Virus record (IMG/VR): IMGVR_UViG_3300035682_000017 | Span: 17,704 to 81,703 of that record | From: a virus | Strand: one strand, 5' to 3' | DNA length: 64,000 bases | Shown here: positions 8,633-18,425 of the stretch, one piece after another | Position numbering within the stretch: position 1 is the first letter of the stretch | Layout of the letters: each line of letters begins with the position of its first letter | Made by a program: the position numbers and the translations under genes | Notes under the pieces: model-generated | Told to the model about the DNA's origin: nothing | Databases searched by the model: none | The model's input: only the letters and a program-made list of their open reading frames with translations

Positions 8633-10129
8633 ATGAGTTATTTTAATCATGCGTACCGTAAATCCTTTTTAGGTACAAAGCCTACATTTAACACTGGTGG
8701 TGTTAGTGTAGAAGATGGATTCTTGCTTACAGCAGGTTTACATACAAGTGAGTTAGCAAAAAATGTACAATTGGGTACAGAAGTTGTTGACAAAAAAGTT
8801 TTTGGTTTTTTCAATCCAGATGATTATTTATCTGTTAACAAAGCATGGGTTACTGCTCATCCTGGAAAACCATTAATTTTAGCATCTACTTCTTTATTAT
8901 CGCAAGATAAAATTGGACCATTCCACGGAGGTTATGCTGAATCAAACAAATCAAAGTTGATCAACCCACGTTATGTAAACAAGTTTTACAAATCAACTGG
9001 TGCTGATGCTGAACAAAACATTTACCATATTGGTAATACAAACTACTTTACTGCAATTGCTATTACAACTCCAGGTGCTACATTAGCAAATGGTGCGTTT
9101 ACAGCGGCTGCTACTACAAGTGGTTCTGGTACAGGATTAACTGTTACAGGTGTTGTTGCTGGTGGTCTTGTTACTTCAGTTAAAATTGCAAACAGAGGTA
9201 ACGGTTATAAAACTGGTGATGTTGTTTCATTTACTACAGGTAGTGGTACTGCAGCTACATTTACATTGACTGCAAATTGCAACTTTGAGTTTTATTGTGG
9301 TGAAACTTATAACTTACAAATTAACCTTTGGGGTTCTCCATTGTTACGTTATTTGAATCATGATGCTTACCGTAGATTAGCTGCTTACACTGGATGTTGT
9401 GCTACTGGTACTGCACCAACTCTTGTGAATTCAACTTTGGTAATGATTGATTGGGCTAAACAAATCATGAATGATGTATTCTTGAAAGACTTTATCCAAC
9501 CTATCGTTTATACTGAAGCTGGTACTAAGTTGGTTACTTTAGCAGAAATGGATGCTTATGTAGCTACTGCTCCTGCACACGTTGCAAACAAAACTGCTGG
9601 TATCCGTTTAGTTGGTGCTTATGTTGATACAAAGTTCAAAAAATGTTCTTTCCAAAAATCTGATTTTTACGAAAAAGAAATTGTACGTATCAAAGCTCAA
9701 TTAGTTGATTTATCTGGAGAATCTTGTTACACACCTTTATGTGTTAATGAAGAAAATCCTGGATTCCAAGGTCAAGGTTATGGTGAAACAGTTCTTAGAG
9801 ATTTGATCTTAGATGAGTCTTACTTAACTAACCATTTCCACGATGATCCAAGATTACGTGAGATTAACCAAGGTAATGATATTTATGATGCTGTTGATAG
9901 AGCAGTTAAATATAACCGTTATGTACTTATTCACTCTGTTCCAAGAGTTAGTAATCCAACTGGTGTATTTGACAATGATCAATATGCATTAACAGTTTAT
10001 GTACCAAATACATTTGGAGCAGCTACTGCATTTGAAGAGTTCGTAACAGAATTTTTAGATAAAGCAAATAGTCATGTAACTTTAGAAAGTGATTTATCAC
10101 ATGTTGCATATGTACCAGATGCATTATAA
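8633..10129 (+). CDS. Abundant structural protein, probably auxiliary capsid protein
   Basis: MCP-like codon bias, own promoter-like motif and terminator, position between ring and tail hub genes as in crAss001. Carries a Gly/Thr-rich inserted domain (VKIANRGNGYKTGD). Confidence 0.55.
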   Translation: MSYFNHAYRKSFLGTKPTFNTGGVSVEDGFLLTAGLHTSELAKNVQLGTEVVDKKVFGFFNPDDYLSVNKAWVTAHPGKPLILASTSLLSQDKIGPFHGGYAESNKSKLINPRYVNKFYKSTGADAEQNIYHIGNTNYFTAIAITTPGATLANGAFTAAATTSGSGTGLTVTGVVAGGLVTSVKIANRGNGYKTGDVVSFTTGSGTAATFTLTANCNFEFYCGETYNLQINLWGSPLLRYLNHDAYRRLAAYTGCCATGTAPTLVNSTLVMIDWAKQIMNDVFLKDFIQPIVYTEAGTKLVTLAEMDAYVATAPAHVANKTAGIRLVGAYVDTKFKKCSFQKSDFYEKEIVRIKAQLVDLSGESCYTPLCVNEENPGFQGQGYGETVLRDLILDESYLTNHFHDDPRLREINQGNDIYDAVDRAVKYNRYVLIHSVPRVSNPTGVFDNDQYALTVYVPNTFGAATAFEEFVTEFLDKANSHVTLESDLSHVAYVPDAL

Positions 10130-10148
10130 TAAATGTAAATGATTCTCT

Positions 10149-10189
10149 AAAATGGAGAATAGAGTTTTTCTCTGTTCTCCATTTTTTTT
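10149..10189 (+). terminator. Rho-independent terminator
   Basis: aaaatggagaatagag / ctctgttctccatttt stem with one G-U pair, T8 tail. Confidence 0.85.
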
Positions 10190-10203
10190 ATAATTTTGAT
10201 GCT

Positions 10204-10770
10204 ATGATAACAAACAAACTAAATCTAAATATTCCTGATATTCTTACACCATGTGTTTTAAGAATTGAAGACTTGTCAATTTATAATGAATTGATGCCTT
10301 ATGTCTGTCCTACAGTGCAAGTAAAAATACCAGGCTTTGATGAATGTGCAGTTTTTACTCAAGATGGAGATGAAGCAACTACAGTTCATAAAAACTTTGT
10401 TTTAAACTTATCTGCATGTAACTTAGGATTGCAAAGTCAAAACTGTACATCTGAATTTGAAACAATTCCTGATGGTGTTTATACAATCACATACTCTTTA
10501 TCTCCTAATGATAAGTTATATGTTGAGTATGATCACTTGAGAGTAACCAACATCAAACTTAGATTAAAAAAAGAATTATGTGAATTAGATCTAGCTGCTT
10601 GTGAACCAAGTGTAGAAGTTTTTGATAAATTAAAACAACTTAATTTAATTAATGACTATCTTGATGCGGCAAAAGCAAAGGTTGAATTCTGTAATGATTC
10701 AGAAAACGGAGTTATCTTGTATGCTTATGCAGATAAATTATTAAGTGAGTATTCATGTAAATTATATTAA
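10204..10770 (+). CDS. Putative tail hub/collar protein (Cys-rich, Ig-like plus helical)
   Basis: IPDGVYTITYS beta-domain plus helical C-terminus (AAKAKVEFC). Synteny after the auxiliary capsid gene. TAATTTTG box at 10191-10198. Confidence 0.55.
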   Translation: MITNKLNLNIPDILTPCVLRIEDLSIYNELMPYVCPTVQVKIPGFDECAVFTQDGDEATTVHKNFVLNLSACNLGLQSQNCTSEFETIPDGVYTITYSLSPNDKLYVEYDHLRVTNIKLRLKKELCELDLAACEPSVEVFDKLKQLNLINDYLDAAKAKVEFCNDSENGVILYAYADKLLSEYSCKLY

Positions 10771-10772
10771 TT

Positions 10773-10910
10773 ATGGCTAGAAGTTGTCCAAATTGCGGAA
10801 CCTGTACGTGTTCAGGAAGTTATTTAATTACAATGCCAAACAACTTTATTTGTTGTTCAAAGTGTGTTAGTTTGGTTATGGAACAACAAGCAGAATCTGC
10901 TAAAAAATAA
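10773..10910 (+). CDS. Small Cys-rich (zinc-finger-like) protein (45 aa), not in ORF track
   Basis: MARSCPNCGTCTCSGSYLITMPNNFICCSKCVSLVMEQQAESAKK, with CxxC...CxxC. Fills the gap exactly. Confidence 0.75.
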   Translation: MARSCPNCGTCTCSGSYLITMPNNFICCSKCVSLVMEQQAESAKK

Positions 10911-10917
10911 AATTATT

Positions 10918-11475
10918 ATGAATTTACCAAGTACATATAGTTCTTCTTTATCTGAAGGCTTAGAATTTTATGGATTGTTTGACTGTGATTCAAAAGAACT
11001 TTGCACTGTAAATGGTTTTCCAACTGTATTTGTATATGATGGAACATTTAATAAAGATTTAGATCCTGAAAAAATTGTAGGTAAAAAAATGAAAAGTTTT
11101 ACTACAATTAATGAAAAGAAAACTGAAGGTTGTTTTAAAATTGAATTAATAGAGTGTGCTGATAACTATGAGATTTTAAATTATAGTGAATTCTTTTTAG
11201 ATGCGGAATTTCAATTAACCGTAGATCAGGTTAAAGTATTTCCAACAGTACCTTTTGGTAGAACAATTTATCCTGAAGCAATGTTGCCAAACAATGTTGA
11301 TTCTGGAAAAGCTTTAAAAATAATGACTTCTTTTTCAATAGCAATGCAGCAAAAATATTTGCAAACTATATTGGGAATAAAGATGTGTTGCGGTGAAGAT
11401 CATTTAAAAGCTAGATTAAAACATCAAATTTTAAAACTAGATTTAATAGATGGCTCAAAAATGTGCTGTCCATAG
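10918..11475 (+). CDS. Putative second tail hub protein (185 aa; start revised from 10864)
   Basis: aattatt-ATG at 10918 follows the stop of the small ORF. C-terminal FS..M..KY...LGIKMCC helix. Ends in TAG. Confidence 0.55.
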   Translation: MNLPSTYSSSLSEGLEFYGLFDCDSKELCTVNGFPTVFVYDGTFNKDLDPEKIVGKKMKSFTTINEKKTEGCFKIELIECADNYEILNYSEFFLDAEFQLTVDQVKVFPTVPFGRTIYPEAMLPNNVDSGKALKIMTSFSIAMQQKYLQTILGIKMCCGEDHLKARLKHQILKLDLIDGSKMCCP

Positions 11476-11493
11476 ATGAATTAAGTTGCTATT

Positions 11494-11520
11494 TTGTAAA
11501 AAATTTATTATATTATAAGT
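11494..11520 (+). promoter_or_regulatory. Putative late promoter TTGTAAAAAATTT-AT-TATATTA-TAAGT-ATG
   Basis: Nearly identical to 29514-29542. Confidence 0.6.
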
Positions 11521-12036
11521 ATGAGTATGTTTCCTAAAAATATAAAACCAGACGGATGTGTTCCAACATCAAGCAAATGTGTTATTTGGCAAGGTCCGGA
11601 TATTCCATTTTTAAAATTATGTAAAGGAGATAGCATCAATGAAGTGATTGCTGGAATAGCAAATAAAATATGTCTTATCATGGAACAAATGAATCCAAGC
11701 AATTTGGATTTTTCTTGTTTAGATTTAACTGACTGTCCACCAAAAACTTTTAATGAGTTATTTCAAATAATTATTGAAGAGATCTGTTTATTAAAACAAG
11801 CAACATCTGAACCTTTAACATCTGAAAATATATTAGATGTGGAAGTTGGAGTTGCAGCATGTATACAAGGACTTGCTGGTGGAGCTTTTGTTCCAGTTGA
11901 TGTTGCAATAGCAGCTATTGGACAATTTGTTTGTAATCAAAAAGCTGAAATTACTCAATTAAATGCTACGATTTCTAACATCACTTCTAAAGTGAGTACA
12001 TTAGAATCAACTGTTAACGCAATAACTGGAGGATAA
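11521..12036 (+). CDS. Cys-rich tail fibre adaptor with C-terminal coiled coil
   Basis: CVPTSSKCVIWQGPDIP..KLCKGD motif, related to the N-terminus of 13525 (IPTDCVIYTGDD..C). Confidence 0.6.
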   Translation: MSMFPKNIKPDGCVPTSSKCVIWQGPDIPFLKLCKGDSINEVIAGIANKICLIMEQMNPSNLDFSCLDLTDCPPKTFNELFQIIIEEICLLKQATSEPLTSENILDVEVGVAACIQGLAGGAFVPVDVAIAAIGQFVCNQKAEITQLNATISNITSKVSTLESTVNAITGG

Positions 12037-12037
12037 T

Positions 12038-13519
12038 ATGATTTGTGAAAAAGAAAATAGCTTACCTTGTGATATAAGTTTATGTATCAATCCTGTTAGT
12101 TACTTAATGGGGTTGGTTTATAATGTTGTACAAGATATGGATTCAAGCACCACTACTGTTTATAAAGATGCTTTTGATGCGGTAATGGTTAGTGATGGTA
12201 TTATTTTATCAAATGCTTCTGGTAAATATTGTTGCCCTGATTGTAATACTGAAAATGGTTTTTATTTTTTAGGAGATTTTGCTGAATTTCAAAGTATTGT
12301 AACTTTTGATGGATTAGGTAATGATAAACCTCAACATCATGAATTAGGATTTGATAGAGATAGACTCTTTGGTTGTTGTGTAAATAGTGCATTACAACAA
12401 GATGAACACGTTACTTATAAAGATGATTTGTTTCTTAACACTACTAATAAAGCAGTTTGTTATGGTTACGGTTATCATTATAATTTTGTTTCTATAAGTT
12501 ATCCTGGTTACAATATTGCTAATCCTGTTAATGGTTGGAAAGTTCCAACAGAAGCAGAGGCATTACAATTAGTTAATTATATTGGTGGTAGTGCAGAAGC
12601 TGGTGGTAAACTAAAAGAAAAAAGAGGCGGTTTAAATGCATATCAGCATTGGAGTGGTGGAAACATTGGTGGAATTAATAAATATAATTTTAGTGCATTA
12701 GGTAGCGGTTATATTGATTATTTAGGTGGTGAGCATGATCTTAAACAAGAGTTTAATATGTGGACAACTACAATTGATTCTGCAAATACTACTCAAGCTA
12801 TAGTTTTAAATTTAACTACTGGTCAAACAACTTCTAATTTTATTAGTAGGGATAAACGTGAAGGACTTTCTGTTAGATTAGTAAGAGTTGCTACAGCAAT
12901 TGAATTATTGTTAGCTGACGGTACTACATCTGAAAGTAATCCAACTGAATTATCCGCTTATGTTGGAAATGATGGAAAAGTTTATACTACTACAAAAATT
13001 GGTAATCAAATTTGGTTAGCTGAAAATTTAGCAGAAACTTATTTTTCAAATGGAAGTAGTATTAGTTATGCATCTAATTCTAACATTTGGATAAATATCA
13101 ATACTAACTTTTCAGCTTATATTAAATTTGATGTAAGCAGTTATGATCCAATTGATGTTTTATTAAAAAAATCTCCTTGTTTTGATTTATTTGACAAAAC
13201 ACCTCCTTGTTGTAAAACAAACTTTAATGAAAGTTATCAAAGACTTTTATATGATACTGATTTAGATTTAACTACTTCTGCTAATGATTCTACTGGTTTC
13301 AGTTTAATTGAAGGAAGTAGTTTTAATTTAAGAAGTGGTTTAGGTATTATGTTGGATAGTTTAAAAAGATTGGATCCAAATGTTACTAAAGCTCAAATGG
13401 CTGAATTTTTTCAAGCTTTTTTAGGTGAAGAATCACTAGTAATTAAATGTATTGGATGTGATATTCACATTTATACTGGTGCAGGATATAGAAATTATTT
13501 ACAAGATAAAAACATTTAA
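12038..13519 (+). CDS. Cys-rich structural protein with inserted FISUMP (Fib_succ_major) domain
   Basis: GWKVPT, AGGKLKE, FSALGSGY, GLSVRLVR and DGKVYTTTKIGNQIWLAENL are FISUMP signatures. Confidence 0.75.
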   Translation: MICEKENSLPCDISLCINPVSYLMGLVYNVVQDMDSSTTTVYKDAFDAVMVSDGIILSNASGKYCCPDCNTENGFYFLGDFAEFQSIVTFDGLGNDKPQHHELGFDRDRLFGCCVNSALQQDEHVTYKDDLFLNTTNKAVCYGYGYHYNFVSISYPGYNIANPVNGWKVPTEAEALQLVNYIGGSAEAGGKLKEKRGGLNAYQHWSGGNIGGINKYNFSALGSGYIDYLGGEHDLKQEFNMWTTTIDSANTTQAIVLNLTTGQTTSNFISRDKREGLSVRLVRVATAIELLLADGTTSESNPTELSAYVGNDGKVYTTTKIGNQIWLAENLAETYFSNGSSISYASNSNIWININTNFSAYIKFDVSSYDPIDVLLKKSPCFDLFDKTPPCCKTNFNESYQRLLYDTDLDLTTSANDSTGFSLIEGSSFNLRSGLGIMLDSLKRLDPNVTKAQMAEFFQAFLGEESLVIKCIGCDIHIYTGAGYRNYLQDKNI

Positions 13520-13524
13520 TAATT

Positions 13525-15348
13525 ATGAGTTGTCCAAGTTGCAATGAAAATAGTAATGGAACTTTAGAAAATGTTCCATGTGAAAGTTGTGGTGCACCAA
13601 ACTGTGCAACACCACAACCATGTCCAGAAATTATTCCTACAGATTGTGTAATATACACTGGTGATGATAAAGAATGTCATGATGATTTAGTTTATGAAAA
13701 AAATGATTCATTAGGTACAGTACAAAGTAAGATTACAGATTACTTCTGCGAAAAGGTATTTACTCCTTCTGCTAAAGTGGTAAACTTACCAACACAAAAT
13801 ATTACTGTGTATGGAGCTGGAGTGCCATTATCAGATGCTATAAGTTCTGTTGTTAATTGGGCTCAAACTTTAATCAATGCTATACCAACTGGAGCTAATA
13901 TTATTTCAATTTCACATTCTGATTTAAAAAATCTTGAAACTACAAGTAGTTTTTCACCAGGACAATGGTATAAGATTATAAATTTTAAAACAATATATGA
14001 ACAACCTTCATATATAGGTTCAGCATCAGTTACAAATTCTCCAGAATTAAAAACAGATTCTCCAGTACAACCAATCATTGTATTTGCTACTGCTAATAAC
14101 AAATTAGCATCTTTTGCATTTCAACCTGATTTTCCTGAAGATGTTTTATTTTATGAATTAAACTATTCAACTCCTGTTTTAAATCAAAGCACTTTAGGTA
14201 GAATTATTTACAGAAAGGATGATAAAGGAAATGAATGTTCTTGGGATTTTAGAAATGTTAAGTTTAAAAGATACCAGGATACAGTAAGTAATTTATATAC
14301 AAGTGTATTTGATACTGGAAATAATAACTTTATTGAACAAACTATTTTTGGAAATAATTATACAGATTGTTTCAATAATTCAATTTTAATTAATAAAAAT
14401 TTTAGTACTTCTGATGCTCCTTTAACTGGAGCAACAACTATTGGATTTGATTTACCAAATATTGTATTCTTTGCTAAATGTCAGAATATTGAATTAATTG
14501 GTATACATAGAAATATAACTGTTAATGCAAATAAATGTATCAATTTATCAAATAGATATAGAATGATTGATGCAGTTATTTACGGAACAAACAATAGTGA
14601 TGTAACTAATAATTATTTTGAAGATGTTATTAATCTTTATTTAGAAGGTATTGGAATTAATCATAACAGTTTTGAAAATCATGCACATGGCGTAACTATA
14701 AAATCATATAATGGTATTTTTAAAAATGAAATAACTTATTTTGAAAATTCTAGTATTACATGTTATGAATTTAATCAAAACAACTTTGGTTATATTAACG
14801 CTGTAACTGCAAATCTAAACAATGGAGTTATGTCATATAACAAAATTGAAAACTTTTTAAGTAACACTTTAACAACATCATTTAAAAATAATGTATTTAT
14901 TGATTTTAGTGATAATTTATTAGATGGAACAGGTTCTTGGTTTGGTAATAAAGGTATTTTATTTACTAGTAATACTACTTCAGGAAGTTGTCAAAATAAT
15001 GACTTTGGTCCTAAATTTTCATCAAACACACTTGATGTAAACTTTGGTAGAAAATCTAGTACAAATGAATGGCTTGGAAATGTTTTTTTAAGCATTGCAT
15101 CTGGTAATACTATTGGAGCTGCTTTTTATGGAAATAATTTACAAAGACTTTTTAAAGACAATGTTATATTTTCAGGATTTAAAAATAATGATGTAGCTTT
15201 AGAACTTAGTGCAATTACTTTTAGTAATATGACTGGTCATGTGTATAAAGATTATACAACCAAGTTAATTAAAAATTCAGCTAACATTCAAAGGTTATCA
15301 TATTATGATCAGTATGATGCTGAACAAACAGTAAACATAACAGATTAA
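13525..15348 (+). CDS. Tail fibre/spike with Cys-rich N-terminus and Asn-rich beta-solenoid
   Basis: N-terminal CxxC cluster, GRIIYRKDDKGNECSWDFRNVKFKRY module, then ~11-residue N/F repeats (NNDFG, FYGNNL, FKNN). Confidence 0.7.
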   Translation: MSCPSCNENSNGTLENVPCESCGAPNCATPQPCPEIIPTDCVIYTGDDKECHDDLVYEKNDSLGTVQSKITDYFCEKVFTPSAKVVNLPTQNITVYGAGVPLSDAISSVVNWAQTLINAIPTGANIISISHSDLKNLETTSSFSPGQWYKIINFKTIYEQPSYIGSASVTNSPELKTDSPVQPIIVFATANNKLASFAFQPDFPEDVLFYELNYSTPVLNQSTLGRIIYRKDDKGNECSWDFRNVKFKRYQDTVSNLYTSVFDTGNNNFIEQTIFGNNYTDCFNNSILINKNFSTSDAPLTGATTIGFDLPNIVFFAKCQNIELIGIHRNITVNANKCINLSNRYRMIDAVIYGTNNSDVTNNYFEDVINLYLEGIGINHNSFENHAHGVTIKSYNGIFKNEITYFENSSITCYEFNQNNFGYINAVTANLNNGVMSYNKIENFLSNTLTTSFKNNVFIDFSDNLLDGTGSWFGNKGILFTSNTTSGSCQNNDFGPKFSSNTLDVNFGRKSSTNEWLGNVFLSIASGNTIGAAFYGNNLQRLFKDNVIFSGFKNNDVALELSAITFSNMTGHVYKDYTTKLIKNSANIQRLSYYDQYDAEQTVNITD

Positions 15349-15359
15349 ATTTAAAAAAA

Positions 15360-17168
15360 ATGAGTATATTAAGTAATTCAAGTCTTCAATTAGTTAGAGT
15401 AACTAGCGTAGCTGATCTACCAGTTCTTGGTACTGCAGAATTTGTAATGTACTGTATAGATAATGGTACAGATCCAGAAGAATATAAAATTTGGAGAGGT
15501 GGTTCTTGGGAAACTGTATTTGTTACAGGAGGTGCTGGTGCAGATGGAGCTGATGGAGTTGATGGATCTGATGGTAACACAATATTAAATGGAGGTGCTG
15601 CACCAATTGCAGGTATTGGTGTTGATGGTGACTTTTATCTTGATACTGTTACTAATACAATTTTTGGACCAAAGGTTGGAAGTAGTTGGGGTACTGGAAC
15701 ATCGTTAAACGGTCCTACTGGTGCACAAGGTCCTACTGGTGCACAAGGTCCTACTGGAGCAACTGGTCCTCAAGGTACGCCTGGTATATCTCCAGCTGGT
15801 TTAGCATTCAAAGGACTTTACAACCCAGCAACAACTTATGTTGATGATGATGTTGTAAGTTATAATGGAAGTTCTTATTGGGTATGGAATGGTCCAGTTA
15901 CTGGAGTTATTCCAACATTCAATGGTGCTCAATGGGCTTTATTAGCAACTCAAGGTGCTACTGGTGCAGCTGGACCTACCGGACCTACCGGACCTACTGG
16001 TCTTACTGGTCCTGCAGGAACTAATGGAACTAATGGTGCTCCAGGTACTAATGGTACTAATGGAGCAAGAGGTGCATTTGCATCTAATGCTTTAATTTAT
16101 CAAAATGGTACTTATACTAATGCTGGTGCTGCTGGATTTGGTGCTACTCTTATGAGTTCAATAGCTCAATTAGGTATGAATAAAACAGCTATGTCTGGAT
16201 ATTCTGGAACCGTAGGTACTACAAATAATGCTTCAGCATGGTTGGCTTCAATTGCAATAGATGATCTTATACAAGTAGTTGATATAAATGACTCAACAAT
16301 ATCTGGTATTTTTAAAGTAACATCTATACTAGCTAATCCAACTCATATTGTTTTTAATGTTCAATTTCTTTTTGGTAGTGGAACTATAGGAAACAATGTA
16401 ACTCTTGCAATTTCTTATTCTAAAAAAGGAGCAACAGGAGCAACTGGAGCTACTGGAGCTGCATCAACTGTAGCTGGTCCAACTGGTCTTACTGGTGCGG
16501 CTGGAGCAAATGGAGCAAATGGAGCAAATGGTAAAACAATTTTAACTGGTTCAACTTCTCCATCTGGAGGAACGGATGGTGATTTTTATTTAACAACTGA
16601 TTGGAAAATATTTGGTCCTAAAGTGTCTGGATCTTGGCCTGCAACGGGAACTCAATTAAGTAACCCATGGGAAATGCCTTTAAAAACAACTGCTCAAAGA
16701 TTAGCAATACCTTTAAGTAATTCTAATTTAGGGTATCAAGTTTATGATTTAGACACTTATGGAGTTTATACTGTTGTAAAAACAGGAACCGAATATAATA
16801 CTAATGCAGGAATTGTTTTAGAAACATTTGGTTGGAGATGTCCAACTATTCCTGACACATATACGCTTACAACAGATTTTGCAATTACTCCAGGGTATAA
16901 TGGTTCTATAATATATTGCACTAATACAAGTGCAATTACAATTTATACACTGCCTGCTTTTTTTGGTGTTGAAGAAGCAAGTACTGGTTTTTCTTGTATT
17001 ATAGTTAGACAAGGTGTAGGAGAAGTTACTTTTTTTGGTGGTAATCAATTTAGTTCTGAAAATTTATATTCAACTAATGCAGAGAAAAAATTACGTGTTC
17101 AATATTCATTTGCTACTTTAACTAAAAAAGGAAATGATTGGTTTTTAGGTGGTGATTTAAAAGTATAA
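15360..17168 (+). CDS. Collagen-like tail fibre protein
   Basis: Several Gly-X-Y tracts, two GDFYL..IFGPK modules, a carbohydrate-binding-like module (FKGLYNPATTYVDDDVVSYNGSSY) and C-terminal LRVQYSFATLTKKGNDWFLGGDL. Confidence 0.8.
   Translation: MSILSNSSLQLVRVTSVADLPVLGTAEFVMYCIDNGTDPEEYKIWRGGSWETVFVTGGAGADGADGVDGSDGNTILNGGAAPIAGIGVDGDFYLDTVTNTIFGPKVGSSWGTGTSLNGPTGAQGPTGAQGPTGATGPQGTPGISPAGLAFKGLYNPATTYVDDDVVSYNGSSYWVWNGPVTGVIPTFNGAQWALLATQGATGAAGPTGPTGPTGLTGPAGTNGTNGAPGTNGTNGARGAFASNALIYQNGTYTNAGAAGFGATLMSSIAQLGMNKTAMSGYSGTVGTTNNASAWLASIAIDDLIQVVDINDSTISGIFKVTSILANPTHIVFNVQFLFGSGTIGNNVTLAISYSKKGATGATGATGAASTVAGPTGLTGAAGANGANGANGKTILTGSTSPSGGTDGDFYLTTDWKIFGPKVSGSWPATGTQLSNPWEMPLKTTAQRLAIPLSNSNLGYQVYDLDTYGVYTVVKTGTEYNTNAGIVLETFGWRCPTIPDTYTLTTDFAITPGYNGSIIYCTNTSAITIYTLPAFFGVEEASTGFSCIIVRQGVGEVTFFGGNQFSSENLYSTNAEKKLRVQYSFATLTKKGNDWFLGGDLKV
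15711..15776 (+). repeat. 18-bp tandem repeat (ggtcctactggtgcacaa) in collagen tract
   Basis: Two exact copies plus degenerate copies, encoding GPTGAQ. Confidence 0.85.
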
Positions 17169-17170
17169 TT

Positions 17171-17773
17171 ATGATAAGTTCTATTGGAATATTAAGACAT
17201 AAGGTTGTTGATCCAGGACCACCTGTTACAGGACAAGTTTTACAAATTGGTACAGGTACATCGTTGGTGTATTATGCTCCAAATAATTATAGTTTTAAAT
17301 ATTCAAAATCTGCTTTTATCTGGACTGCTGCAGAAATGGGTGCTGCTAAAACCATTAACAATCTTCTCTTTTATCTTAGAAGTTATGGTGCATTTCCAAA
17401 TTTTTCAATGCAAACATTAAAAATAGGACATGTTGCACAATCTTCTTTTGCTACAAGTAATCCTCCAATTAATTTATCAGATTTAACTATATCAGATTTA
17501 ACTACGGTTAAAAGTAATTTTACATATTTTTTTAATCAAAATAATTTATGGTGGCCCGTTATTTTTGATACAAATTTTGTTTACAATGGTACTTCAAATT
17601 TAATATTAATTTGGGAACATGATGCTAATGATTGGGTTTCAACAGCTGGTGGAGCAGATGGTGAAACTCAAGCAAATAAAGGAATAACTGCTGGAAGTAT
17701 GACAAGTGCTTCAACAATACCTGCAGTTGGAACTATACTTACAAAAAGACCAAATATTAAAATTGGTTATTAA
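17171..17773 (+). CDS. Putative fibre tip / adhesin-like beta-sandwich protein
   Basis: MISSIGIL N-terminus. IWTAAEMG, FDTNFVYNGTSNLILIWE and RPNIK resemble domains of Bacteroidota surface proteins. Confidence 0.55.
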   Translation: MISSIGILRHKVVDPGPPVTGQVLQIGTGTSLVYYAPNNYSFKYSKSAFIWTAAEMGAAKTINNLLFYLRSYGAFPNFSMQTLKIGHVAQSSFATSNPPINLSDLTISDLTTVKSNFTYFFNQNNLWWPVIFDTNFVYNGTSNLILIWEHDANDWVSTAGGADGETQANKGITAGSMTSASTIPAVGTILTKRPNIKIGY

Positions 17774-17793
17774 CTTTATAAAAAATATTTACA

Positions 17794-18423
17794 ATGGGTT
17801 GTAATGAAGATTTAAAATGTAATGATGACATAAGAGGTCAACGTGGACCCAGAGGTTATCAAGGTGAAAAAGGAATTAAAGGTGATGGAGGTTCTAATGG
17901 TTCTAATGGCCCAGCTGGTCCTGTTGGTCCTCCTGGCCCTGTAGGCCCTGTTGGTCCTGTAGGTCCACAAGGAACTCCTGGTGATAAGGGAGAACCTGGT
18001 GATCCTGGACCTGCAGGACCTCCTGGTACTTCTGGAAATCCTGGTACAGATGGTAATGCTGGTGCTGCCGGTTCAAATGGTGCGGATGGTACTCCTGGTG
18101 ATGCTGGAAAAGATGGAAACTATACTGCTGGTATTTATGATGAGTCATTAGGTGAACAACAACAAGGTGGAACAATCCTTACTGTTTATAATGGTGAAAC
18201 AAATCAACCTGAAAGTAGATTTGAAATTTTAAATGGAATTGATGGAAAATCTGGTAGAGGGGTTGCTGTATTTGTACAAGGTACACAACCAACCGATGCA
18301 GATCTTATTACCCAGTATGATCAAATTCCTGGATTCACTGTACAACAATTAAATATAAGTGGTCTTTTTCAAGCAGACCAACTAAGAGCTGGTGATATTT
18401 GGATTAAACCTGAACAACCTTAA
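17794..18423 (+). CDS. Collagen-like fibre protein (209 aa)
   Basis: About 32 contiguous Gly-X-Y triplets, Cys N-terminus, C-terminal AGDIWIKP. Confidence 0.8.
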   Translation: MGCNEDLKCNDDIRGQRGPRGYQGEKGIKGDGGSNGSNGPAGPVGPPGPVGPVGPVGPQGTPGDKGEPGDPGPAGPPGTSGNPGTDGNAGAAGSNGADGTPGDAGKDGNYTAGIYDESLGEQQQGGTILTVYNGETNQPESRFEILNGIDGKSGRGVAVFVQGTQPTDADLITQYDQIPGFTVQQLNISGLFQADQLRAGDIWIKPEQP

Positions 18424-18425
18424 TT

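Noticed and set aside
6479-10917. ORF-track starts at 6479 (TTG) and 10864 (GTG)
   Set aside because: Both overlap upstream genes. Downstream ATGs at 6518 and 10918 have the genome's typical A/T-rich leader and fit the gene packing.
12461-13135. Diversity-generating retroelement targeting the FISUMP domain
   Set aside because: No reverse transcriptase and no template repeat differing at adenines seen in this window. One could exist elsewhere in the genome.
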